This document shows, in pieces, positions 1 to 8,036 of a DNA stretch of 14,020 nucleotides. The translations under genes and the position numbers were made by a program. Each line of letters begins with the position of its first letter. The first letter of the stretch is position 1. This DNA is from Candidatus Hodarchaeota archaeon (GTDB lineage: Archaea > Asgardarchaeota > Heimdallarchaeia > Hodarchaeales > Hodarchaeaceae), in contig JAEOTC010000006.1 in assembly GCA_016840035.1 (NCBI GenBank), positions 1 to 14,020 of the forward strand, read 5' to 3'. The notes beneath the pieces were generated by a model. It was not told the origin of the DNA, ran no database searches, and saw only the letters and a program-made list of their open reading frames with translations.

Positions 1-1
1 C

Positions 2-151
2 TTCTCTTTGACAAAAACCAAATAGAAAATTATCATGTTTGAAAATTACACAGTCTTGTTGGACAACCCAGATGGTTGCGCCAATAATATCGGTATAAAA
101 ATCTTTCATCTTTTTCAGATTATTAGTCTTATGAAATACTATTCCTGCCAT
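2..151 (-). CDS. VOC (glyoxalase/bleomycin resistance) family protein, N-terminal part; runs off the left edge of the window
   Basis: Not in the ORF track. Manual translation from the ATG at 151 (minus strand) gives MAGIVFHKTNNLKKMKDFYTDIIGATIWVVQQDCVIFKHDNFLFGFCQRE with no stop. The pattern 'IVF.T.NL....DFY..IIG' is the first beta-alpha-beta unit of VOC proteins. It lies 64 bp downstream of the URO-D-like gene on the same strand. Confidence 0.8.
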   Translation of the reverse strand, partial: MAGIVFHKTNNLKKMKDFYTDIIGATIWVVQQDCVIFKHDNFLFGFCQRE

Positions 152-215
152 TTTTTAATCCACACTTGTTGGTATTCTAATCACTATTCTGTCAGATCTT
201 TTATCATTGCGTTGA

Positions 216-1364
216 TCATGGTTCTAATTGGTCTAGTGCCTCAAAAGCTGCTGAAATATTTTCTGGAGGAACGTCAGCTAATATATTATGAGCTGTGGCG
301 AAAATATACCCCGTATGATCACTAGCTAAAGTAGTTAATACTCGTTGTACTTCTTTTTCTACCTCTGATGGTGTACCTCTAGGAAGTACTTCCTGAGTAT
401 CCACTCCCCCGTGAAAGGCTATCTTCGATCCAAATTTTTGTTTTAGGGAGGCATGATCCATTCCTTTAGAAGGTTGAACGGGATTGAGGACATCGAACCC
501 GATTTCTATTAGATCAGGAATGATTTCAGCAATAGAACCACACGAATGTAATTGGATTTTAATCCGAGAGAAATTCTTTTTGATTGTTTGAATTAATTTC
601 TTGACTCTAGGCTTAACTAAGTCTCTCCACATTTGAGGATGCAAAAGGGGGCGTTCCTGAGTTCCATAATCATCGCCATACAGGGCTATTGTTGTCCACT
701 CTCCTACTTCATTAAGCCAGCTCTCCCACATTTCCAACTGATGCGTTAAATTCCTATCTAATAACTCGATTACTATTTCTCTATTCTCATACAAATCAGA
801 GAGAAATTTATGGTTACCTCGTAACCAAATTGTTTGTTCCAAAATACCTCCCGATACTGGATCTGCAACAACTGCATAACCCTTCTCCCAGCACGTCTTG
901 GTTATTTTGCTACAATTGACAAACCACTCTTTAGCTGGAGAGGGGAATTCATACTCTCTAACTCCTATCAGAGATGCTTCTGCTAACGGATAAGAAACCA
1001 TTTCATAATATAAAGGATCATACTCAGATGTTCCAATCTTTTGATACTCCATCCCAAACACATTAATGAATGATTTTATTGTTCCATCATGACTGAAAGT
1101 TTCTCTGATTGGAGGATTCATTCCAATGTGGCGAGTGTCAATCATTAATTTCGTCAATACTTCTTCATCGATAATTGCTAACTGCTGTTCTAAGTCAGAA
1201 ATTCTAATTTCTTTGATAGGGATTTTCCAGAAATCTAGAAGCTTCTCATACGCAATTTTTGCAATTCCACTTACAGGACCGCCAAAATCTCTGGGGATTC
1301 GGTCTACATCTTTATGTAGAATAGCATGTTCTATACGCTCGCGGGGGAGCAGTTTATTCACCAA
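216..1364 (-). CDS. Uroporphyrinogen decarboxylase (URO-D)/MtaA-CmuA-like TIM-barrel family protein, probably a corrinoid methyltransferase-like enzyme rather than true HemE
   Basis: Motifs: N-terminal 'PRERI..AI.H..VDRIP', 'GDDYGTQ..PL..P..WR..VKP', 'HSCG', 'G.DVLNPVQ', 'FHGGVDTQ.VL..GTP.EV..EV' and 'GYIFATAHNI..DVPPENI'. It lacks the HemE 'W.MRQAGR' motif. Start is TTG at 1364 or GTG at 1361. Confidence 0.88.
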   Translation of the reverse strand: MVNKLLPRERIEHAILHKDVDRIPRDFGGPVSGIAKIAYEKLLDFWKIPIKEIRISDLEQQLAIIDEEVLTKLMIDTRHIGMNPPIRETFSHDGTIKSFINVFGMEYQKIGTSEYDPLYYEMVSYPLAEASLIGVREYEFPSPAKEWFVNCSKITKTCWEKGYAVVADPVSGGILEQTIWLRGNHKFLSDLYENREIVIELLDRNLTHQLEMWESWLNEVGEWTTIALYGDDYGTQERPLLHPQMWRDLVKPRVKKLIQTIKKNFSRIKIQLHSCGSIAEIIPDLIEIGFDVLNPVQPSKGMDHASLKQKFGSKIAFHGGVDTQEVLPRGTPSEVEKEVQRVLTTLASDHTGYIFATAHNILADVPPENISAAFEALDQLEP

Positions 1365-1382
1365 TTAATGTGTAGAAAATGA

Positions 1383-1393
1383 TTTATATATAA
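1383..1393 (-). promoter_or_regulatory. Probable archaeal TATA box for the URO-D-like/VOC genes (leaderless or short-leader transcript)
   Basis: Minus strand reads TTATATATAAA about 20-29 bp upstream of the start codon, the typical archaeal spacing. Confidence 0.55.
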
Positions 1394-1419
1394 GAACAAC
1401 AATGATTCCTGTGAAACAG

Positions 1420-1450
1420 GATAAGAAAAGAAAAAAAGAGGAGAAGGGTA
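1420..1450 (-). terminator. Oligo-T/pyrimidine-rich archaeal terminator after the surface protein gene
   Basis: Minus strand immediately after the stop at 1453 is a pyrimidine tract with T-runs (CCCTTCTCCTCTTTTTTTTCTTTTCTT). Confidence 0.5.
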
Positions 1451-1452
1451 GT

Positions 1453-2967
1453 TTAATGTCTTCGCTGCTTTCGTGCTACGACTACAATTAAGAAACACGG
1501 AATTACAACTGAAATTAACCCTGAATATGGTGTTGATGCTGGTTCAGTTTCCGACGTGGTTGGTACACTTGTTGTACCTGAAGATGCAGATGTTGTTTCA
1601 GTCGAGGATCCTATAGTTGACCCTTGGATACTCAAGGTATAGTTGCCTGAAGCATGCTTAGTATTAGTAACCACGATACAGTAGAATCCACTTGCAGGAC
1701 CCGAACTTGTAATTGATTCATCTGCTCCCAAGACATCGTTCATGCTGTAACCGAGAGGTTTCTTACCGGTTCCGAGAGCACTGAATCCGTGGCACAGGAA
1801 AAGATCGAAATTATTAACACCTGGAACATCCAAGGTAATATTGTACGTAAGACCTGTCTCTAGATATATCTGATATGCATCAAACACTTCGCTTACACTG
1901 AATGAGCTACTTGTGGTGTCGTTCACATTGAGTTTTGTTATACCTGTACTCTCTCCGTTTTCCATCTCTACATAACAACCATCACCCACGCCAGAAACCA
2001 TCAGATAGTAAGGTGTCACGCTGGTCAAGCTTGTGCCGTCAATAGTGTGAAAACCAACACTTTTTTTCCAAACATGATTCTGAGTAACCGCTTGAGTGTA
2101 TGCATCGTCTTGATACAGATCAAAACTACCATCACTATCCGAGGTATATACTCCTACAACAGTATAGTTTCCAGGTTGGACAGGAACCGTGTAGTAATTC
2201 GATCCTGCGTATGCAGGGGAATATTCTGGGTTGTTATCCTCAAGTGTTCCCACAGAAAGGGTGTAATCGCCTGCAACATGTTCGGCATTAGTAACTACGA
2301 TACAGTAGAATCCACTTGCAGGAACTGAACGAAGAATTGATTCATCTGCTCCCAAGACATCGTTTTCGCTGTAACCGAGAGGTCTCATGCCGTAACCGAG
2401 AGCACTGAACCCGTGGCACAGGAAGAGATCGAAATTATTAACACCTGGAACATCCAAGGTAATTTGGTATGTAAGACCTGTCTCTAGATATATCTGATAT
2501 GCATCAAACACTTCGTTTATACTGAATGAGCCATTTATACTGTCGTTCACATTGAGTTTTATTATGCCTGTGCTCTCTCCGTTTTCCATCTCGACATAAC
2601 AACCTTGGCCCACGCCAGAAACCTTCAAATAGTAAGGTGTCACGCTGGTCAAGCTTGTGCCGTCAATAGTGTGAAAACCGACACTGTTCTTCCAAACAAA
2701 ATTTTCAGTAACCACTTGAGTGTATGCATCGTCTTGATACAGATTAAAACTACCATCACTATCCGATGTATATACGCCTACAACAGTGTAGTTTCCAGGC
2801 TGGGTATTTGCGATATACAAAGCTTCCCCACTTGTAGCAGCACTATAGAATGGAGAGTCATCTGTTAGAACATATTGTTGTACATAAGCTGTTGACATGA
2901 TTAAACTGGATATGGTAGAACACAAAATAAAAATCCCAAATAATCCAAAAAAGAATTTCTTTTGCAT
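1453..2967 (-). CDS. Secreted, C-terminally anchored surface protein with duplicated PPC-like beta-sandwich domains
   Basis: Signal peptide MQKKFFFGLFGIFILCSTISS. Two copies of a 208-aa unit, each containing 'DAYQIYLETG.TY.ITLDVPG..NFDLFL...GADESI....PASGFYCIVVTN....G.YTLS' (PPC/pre-peptidase C-terminal pattern). Ser/Thr-rich linker, then a TPY motif, TM helix and basic tail RKQRRH. Multiple N-x-S/T sequons. Confidence 0.85.
   Translation of the reverse strand: MQKKFFFGLFGIFILCSTISSLIMSTAYVQQYVLTDDSPFYSAATSGEALYIANTQPGNYTVVGVYTSDSDGSFNLYQDDAYTQVVTENFVWKNSVGFHTIDGTSLTSVTPYYLKVSGVGQGCYVEMENGESTGIIKLNVNDSINGSFSINEVFDAYQIYLETGLTYQITLDVPGVNNFDLFLCHGFSALGYGMRPLGYSENDVLGADESILRSVPASGFYCIVVTNAEHVAGDYTLSVGTLEDNNPEYSPAYAGSNYYTVPVQPGNYTVVGVYTSDSDGSFDLYQDDAYTQAVTQNHVWKKSVGFHTIDGTSLTSVTPYYLMVSGVGDGCYVEMENGESTGITKLNVNDTTSSSFSVSEVFDAYQIYLETGLTYNITLDVPGVNNFDLFLCHGFSALGTGKKPLGYSMNDVLGADESITSSGPASGFYCIVVTNTKHASGNYTLSIQGSTIGSSTETTSASSGTTSVPTTSETEPASTPYSGLISVVIPCFLIVVVARKQRRH
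1661..2804. repeat. Intragenic tandem duplication, period 624 bp (copies about 1661-2180 and 2285-2804)
   Basis: Manual alignment gives about 52 mismatches over 520 bp (about 90% nucleotide identity), with no indels and a constant 624-bp offset. Confidence 0.95.
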
Positions 2968-2986
2968 TTTCTCACTCTCTTAAGAA

Positions 2987-3027
2987 AACGGATATAAAAT
3001 AATCTTATAGATAAAAAGATTTCCGTT
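2987..3027. promoter_or_regulatory. Promoter region of the surface protein gene, with nested inverted repeats (possible operator)
   Basis: AATCTT-N9-AAGATT (3001-3021) is flanked by AACGGA (2987-2992) and TCCGTT (3022-3027). These overlap TATA-like TTTTTATC and TTTTATAT on the minus strand, 25-50 bp upstream of the ATG at 2967. Confidence 0.35.
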
Positions 3028-3433
3028 GAATAAATTTAAAACTCTTTTGATCGATGTAGTTGATGCTTTGCAAACGACCCCGTACTTGCCGTAGGCCGGT
3101 ATTAATTCATTAATCTGATTTCCATCTCTGAGAACTCTTTTTTCATTCTTTTTGAAATCCTCTGTTCTCTGTCTAATGATTTCATTAATGATACGATTTC
3201 AATTCTTAGTACGAGTCATAGGAATAGAAATTAATCCCTAAGGTATTCACATGAGCATAAAATAAGGATATGAAATATCTCTTAGGAGGGATGACATTGT
3301 AGCATAACTTATTGGCTGCAGTGAATTAATAAACGGACTTTATTCTAGTTAAATTTTGATCGCGGTGGTCAGAACAGTCTTAAGGATCATTATGAAATAA
3401 CTTTGGAGTAAGAATTGATGAGGTCAAATTCTA

Positions 3434-4609
3434 GTGCATGAGAATATCATTCGCTTTTTACATATTGGTGATACTCATTTTGGTGTTCATTATGCTTTAA
3501 ACCCGAAAAATCCCTATCGTCGTGCTTATGGAGAGTTATTTTTTCAAAAAATAGAGGAAGTTATTAACCAAGCAATTTCAGAGCATCATGTTGATTTCAT
3601 TATCCATTCAGGGGATTTTTTCAATCGCAGCAAACCTCCACCAGAAGTCGTCGATCGTGGAGTGAAACCTTTTCAATTAGCAGCGAAAAGAGGAATCCCC
3701 ATCTTCATAATACCAGGGAATCATGAGCGAAGTAAACTTCCTCTCGGTCTTCTCCCTTTTTCTAATGACAATATTAATTTGTTTTCAAAACCTTGTTCCT
3801 ATACTTTTAAGAAAAATGGATTTTCTATTAAATTAACGGGATTCCCATACATTAGACACAATATCAAGAAAAATTTCTCAAGCATTCTAAAGAAAGCTTG
3901 GATTAATTCCTTAGGTAGAAATCCGATTAAACCAGATTATTCTATCTTGGTGACTCATCAGCTTATCGAAGGATCTCGTATTGAACACTATACTTTTCGT
4001 AGCGGTCAAGATGTGGTTTCATTTCGTCAAATTCCTAAATTACTCAATTATGTGGCTTGTGGACATGTTCACCGCTTTCAATTTCTCTATAATCCCAGTT
4101 TTTCTTCTGTAAAGTCGACCAATAAATCTTACTTCATTGAACAAGATAATATCAATCAAATATGGCAATTCAATGGTAAAAATGGTTTAAAATCTTCTCA
4201 ATTTCCCAACCCTATAATTGCTTATACTGGATCACTTGAACGAGTATCTCTTGCGGAAAAAAATGAACCAAAGGGGTATATCATTGGTGAATTACAGTTA
4301 TCAGAAACAGGTCATAAAATAAATGATGTAAAGTACCAATTTCATGAATTAGATGCTCTCAAAATGGTATATTTGGTCTGGGACCTTTCAAAAGCAACCA
4401 TTGATGATTATGTTACCCAGACACTTGAGAAACTATATTCAGTCTCTACACTAAGGAGAGATGAGAAAAGGGGAGGATTATCTGGAATTTTCAGAGTGAA
4501 AATTCAAGGAAAAAGATATGATTCGTCTAAGAATCTGGAACATCTTAAACAAGAAGCAAAACGTCTCAATATCTACCTTACCTTCTCATATAGCTTTACT
4601 CCAGCATAA
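3434..4609 (+). CDS. Mre11/SbcD-family metallophosphoesterase (putative DNA repair exonuclease)
   Basis: Calcineurin-like motifs FLHIGDTHFG, IHSGDFFN, IPGNHE, THQ and YVACGHVH, plus the Mre11/SbcD-type 'YTGSLERVSLAE..EPKGY'. GTG start with GAGGT upstream. Confidence 0.88.
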   Translation: MHENIIRFLHIGDTHFGVHYALNPKNPYRRAYGELFFQKIEEVINQAISEHHVDFIIHSGDFFNRSKPPPEVVDRGVKPFQLAAKRGIPIFIIPGNHERSKLPLGLLPFSNDNINLFSKPCSYTFKKNGFSIKLTGFPYIRHNIKKNFSSILKKAWINSLGRNPIKPDYSILVTHQLIEGSRIEHYTFRSGQDVVSFRQIPKLLNYVACGHVHRFQFLYNPSFSSVKSTNKSYFIEQDNINQIWQFNGKNGLKSSQFPNPIIAYTGSLERVSLAEKNEPKGYIIGELQLSETGHKINDVKYQFHELDALKMVYLVWDLSKATIDDYVTQTLEKLYSVSTLRRDEKRGGLSGIFRVKIQGKRYDSSKNLEHLKQEAKRLNIYLTFSYSFTPA

Positions 4610-4681
4610 TAGAGAATAAATTGGAGATTTTAGTTTCCGATATACAGGGATCTAAATAGAATTTCAAAACATGTTTTTATT

Positions 4682-5674
4682 GTGTCACGTCTCAAACAGT
4701 TCCTTCGAAGATCAAAAAAAGGGCAGGATGAAGAGGAAGAAGCTCCTGAGAAGCCGATAAAACCTGCTAGAGGCATAAGACGAGTACTAGCGATTTTTAG
4801 CCTTTATTTTCCTCTCGGAATGTATCAAAGAGCATTGGAGTGGAGATTAATTTCAACTACACCTTCTACAACCAATAAGGCAGCTGAAAATAATGATACA
4901 AGTGATGTAGAAGAAGTCGTTGAGGACAATAAAACTATCTACATTCGAGAAAAACCATTCCGTTCTCGCTTTGGGTATTTTAGCTCACGTACATTACTAC
5001 AGAGTTTCGGATTGTCTATTATCTTTACTGCCCCCATCTCTCTTCCATGGATTTTCAATGTGGTTATTCCTTTCTCAATTGATCTATTACCATTCGGTCT
5101 TGCGGATATAATTCGTGGCCTTATCAACGCTATTTTAGCATTCTTATCGCCACTTGAAATCGTTGTAGAAATAATCATGGGGATTTCTAATTTTGTTGGA
5201 ACCTACAATCCAATCATTTTTTATGGCGCTACACTTTGGATCTTAAGTATGTTAGGCTTTACTAATATTGAAGAAGCCTCTGATATCTTTGTAAACTCAG
5301 GAAATAATGGAACAGCATCCATGGTGGAACTGATGGCTAATCACTTCCAATCAAAGTTCGCTCTGATTCAAGATTTTATTGCACCATTCCTGATTTTAGT
5401 CGCGGGGTCTATCTCTTTCTTTTTAATCGTTCGTCGTGCACGAGCTATTCTTTTTGAAATTCAGACAGAGAAAGAACAGTCTAAAACCATTGAAAAAATT
5501 AAAAGGAAGCTAATTAGTTATTATCTTGATGATGGCTATTCACAGGTGGAGTACACACAGAATCGAATTGCTTCATCACCAAAATTGAAATGGTTGGCTC
5601 GACTTACGAAATATGGTCCAATCTTTTCAGTTGTAGTACCAATATTTTTAGCAATAATTGTTATTATCCTTTAA
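4682..5674 (+). CDS. Hypothetical multi-pass membrane protein
   Basis: 330-aa ORF with a charged cytoplasmic N-terminus, about 4-6 hydrophobic segments and a TM helix at the extreme C-terminus. No family motif recognised. Confidence 0.75.
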   Translation: MSRLKQFLRRSKKGQDEEEEAPEKPIKPARGIRRVLAIFSLYFPLGMYQRALEWRLISTTPSTTNKAAENNDTSDVEEVVEDNKTIYIREKPFRSRFGYFSSRTLLQSFGLSIIFTAPISLPWIFNVVIPFSIDLLPFGLADIIRGLINAILAFLSPLEIVVEIIMGISNFVGTYNPIIFYGATLWILSMLGFTNIEEASDIFVNSGNNGTASMVELMANHFQSKFALIQDFIAPFLILVAGSISFFLIVRRARAILFEIQTEKEQSKTIEKIKRKLISYYLDDGYSQVEYTQNRIASSPKLKWLARLTKYGPIFSVVVPIFLAIIVIIL

Positions 5675-5730
5675 CCTCTAGTATGCCTTTTACCTTTTTG
5701 TGCTTGAGCTCTTGCTTCTCCAATGAGATC

Positions 5731-5751
5731 AAAAGTAATACAGTTACTTTT
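5731..5751. promoter_or_regulatory. Perfect 8-bp inverted repeat, candidate transcription-factor operator upstream of the SBP pair
   Basis: AAAAGTAA-TACAG-TTACTTTT in the intergenic region. A TATA-like TTTTAAAA lies downstream at 5812-5819. Confidence 0.45.
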
Positions 5752-5867
5752 ATTTGGTAATGAATGGATAAGAATCTCTACGGTCAGTTTTGGTGTGCAC
5801 AGATGAATAGGTTTTAAAAGCACCGTGTGTGAGTCCTGTTAAACCAATCTCAATCCAGGACTCCTCG

Positions 5868-8012
5868 ATGCAGATTAATAAATCGCTTCTAATATTTTTC
5901 CTCCTAAGTCTTCTTATCAGCATTGTTGGTGTTAATGTTCAGGTACGCGCCTCAGAAAAACCAGAGTACTTCTTTTATGTGCACATGATTGCTCCAACAT
6001 CCAGTACCGTGCGGATGCAATATGCTCAACTCATGGAAGGAGAACTAGCAAAAATTGGGATTGGTACAAAACTAGAATTGGTAAGTTGGGGAGCTTTAGG
6101 TCCTCGTTGTTATAAGCAAGAAGTAGGAATGTATAGCGAGGGAGGATATGATGTATGTATTTTTGGTATGCACCTGGGAACTCCAGAACGACATCCTGGA
6201 GCATCTTTGCAGGGCATTTTTGGAGCAAATGCGATCCCCCCAGAAGGGTTTAATACAATGTATTGGTCCCCTGAATTAGGGAAGAACTATAACAATTACC
6301 GTGCTCAAGAATCAGATGACCTAATTCAGAAAATTGCCACCAATCTAAACCTATCAGAAACTAGAAAGGATCTGATCGAGTGGCAAAAGCTCTGGTATGA
6401 CGTCATGCCGAATGTGTTAATCTATAACCAGTATGAGGTACACGCTATTTCCACAGGTCTTTATGGATACGATCCGGTTGCTTATCCTTTAAATTCAATT
6501 GAGGACGTCTGGTTAACAAGTGATTTTACAGGAACAGCTGGTCACGTAGTTTTGGCTGCAAGTACTGGTGGAGAAACCTTTAATCCATTACTTACCACTG
6601 ATGTATACGACCAGTATGGCAATAATCCAGCATTTGATGGACTTGTGGGAAACACACCTTCTAAAGAGGCTGTTTTACCAACAGGAACCGTTCGAGCTAC
6701 ATGGATGACGGATAACTACAATACAACTGATTATCTAGCTCTGTACCCAAGGGTAGCTGATAGTATGGGATCTTATTCCTCAGATGGTTTATCATATGCA
6801 GTCGATCTAAGAGATGACGTCTATTTCCATGATGGACATCAAGTGGACGCATGGGACATTGCAATGTCTTTTCAGGCCCACATTATTTCTGATATGGGAG
6901 CATCGTCTTACTCAAATCTGATAGTACCTTTTGGTGAAGATGATAAGACCAATAAGCATGGAAATTACTCCTTTACAGTAATAGACGAGGATAGCGATGG
7001 CTTCGATGAACATATCAACTTCACACTAAATACAACCTATGCTCCGTTTGAAACAGATTATTTAGGAGTGTGGATTTTCCCCGAACACATTCTTGGTGAC
7101 CCTATCAACCACGGTTTTGATCCAACAACTGGTGACTTTGATCCTGATAATCAATGGCTTGTTGCACCTGGTGACTGGCAATATCACTCAACCACTACTG
7201 GTCGAACTACTGACCCAGGTGGGTATGAAGGACCCATTAGCTGTGGTTCAATGATCTTTAAGGAGTTTGATTCACTTAATAACATTGTAAAACTCGAGAA
7301 ATTTTACCAAACCAAGTGGGACAACGCTACTGGCGATTGGATAGATGATGCTACTCTTAGTCACTGGAATATTGATAATTTAGAAGACATGCCTGACTCG
7401 GCCAAGGTGATTCTTTCAAGTATGGATGCTGGTCTCGTTGATATGAAAACAGGTGGAATCAACATCCTGGATCCCCAATTCACTATGGCAAACATTCTAG
7501 ATAAACTTCAAAATGATAGCACAATTCAACCTATTCTTTCACCCGAGACTGGTTGGCCAGCCATCTACTTTAACCCAAAGTTTGTACAGGACGACATTTA
7601 CCATTTTCAGAGGAAAGGTGTCCGCCACGCGATTTCTCATATGGTACCTCGTGAGGATATTATAACATACCTCATGAATGGTTTGGGTCTCCCTGCTTAC
7701 ACCCCTATACCCGTTACTTCGTGGGCAGCTATTTCTGAATCCGAATTGCTTGAATACAAGAAAACTTTACAGGCAACTGATAATTCTACCCCTGAATCGA
7801 ATGCTGTAGCCGCATTCGATGAATATTCAATCGACAAGGCATTTGATTGGCTTGATACCGAAGGATATAACACTACTGAGTGGCGGCAATACACCGAAGT
7901 CCCTACAACTAGTTCTACTAGAGGTTTTCTTCCTGGCTTCGAGTTTTTTGGAGTTGTTATCTTGATTGTCATTCTCACTATTCATTCGATTCTGAGGCGT
8001 AAAAAATTATGA
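5868..8012 (+). CDS. ABC-type family 5 (OppA/DppA/NikA-like) extracellular solute-binding protein, circularly permuted, with a PGF-type C-terminal anchor
   Basis: Family 5 motifs: 'SSDGLSYAVDLRDDVYFHDGHQVDAWDIAMSF', 'GPISCGSM', 'KGVRHAISHMVPREDII', 'EYSIDKAFDWLDTEGY', 'NYNNYR..ESDDLI'. I moved the start to the ATG at 5868 because that signal peptide (MQINKSLLIFF...VRA|SEKPEY) aligns with the paralog. The tail is LPGF + TM + RRKKL. Confidence 0.9.
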   Translation: MQINKSLLIFFLLSLLISIVGVNVQVRASEKPEYFFYVHMIAPTSSTVRMQYAQLMEGELAKIGIGTKLELVSWGALGPRCYKQEVGMYSEGGYDVCIFGMHLGTPERHPGASLQGIFGANAIPPEGFNTMYWSPELGKNYNNYRAQESDDLIQKIATNLNLSETRKDLIEWQKLWYDVMPNVLIYNQYEVHAISTGLYGYDPVAYPLNSIEDVWLTSDFTGTAGHVVLAASTGGETFNPLLTTDVYDQYGNNPAFDGLVGNTPSKEAVLPTGTVRATWMTDNYNTTDYLALYPRVADSMGSYSSDGLSYAVDLRDDVYFHDGHQVDAWDIAMSFQAHIISDMGASSYSNLIVPFGEDDKTNKHGNYSFTVIDEDSDGFDEHINFTLNTTYAPFETDYLGVWIFPEHILGDPINHGFDPTTGDFDPDNQWLVAPGDWQYHSTTTGRTTDPGGYEGPISCGSMIFKEFDSLNNIVKLEKFYQTKWDNATGDWIDDATLSHWNIDNLEDMPDSAKVILSSMDAGLVDMKTGGINILDPQFTMANILDKLQNDSTIQPILSPETGWPAIYFNPKFVQDDIYHFQRKGVRHAISHMVPREDIITYLMNGLGLPAYTPIPVTSWAAISESELLEYKKTLQATDNSTPESNAVAAFDEYSIDKAFDWLDTEGYNTTEWRQYTEVPTTSSTRGFLPGFEFFGVVILIVILTIHSILRRKKL

Positions 8013-8036
8013 ATCATCTTTATAGCGGGTTTTACA

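Noticed and set aside
35-325. 96-aa plus-strand ORF
   Set aside because: Antisense to both the VOC gene and the URO-D-like gene, with atypical composition.
216-1364. Calling this gene hemE
   Set aside because: It lacks the HemE MRQAGR signature and carries the HxCG motif of the methyltransferase-like branch.
1661-2804. Diversity-generating retroelement template/variable repeat pair
   Set aside because: Mismatches are not restricted to adenines of either copy, many are synonymous third-position changes, both copies are in frame in one gene, and there is no reverse transcriptase in the window.
2047-2868. Similar plus-strand ORFs 2047-2328, 2100-2291 and 2605-2868
   Set aside because: Antisense shadows of the duplicated surface-protein repeat; their mutual similarity simply reflects the 624-bp duplication.
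2980-3219. 80-codon minus-strand frame with an in-frame TGA at codon 7 (MTRTKN*NRIINEII...), possible selenoprotein or pseudogene
   Set aside because: No redox-motif context around the TGA, no recognisable family or SECIS, and it runs through the promoter of the surface protein gene. Likely chance.
5829-5867. GTG start at 5829 for SBP1
   Set aside because: The ATG at 5868 gives a signal peptide that aligns with the paralog's N-terminus, and 5829 is too close to the TATA-like element at 5812-5819.
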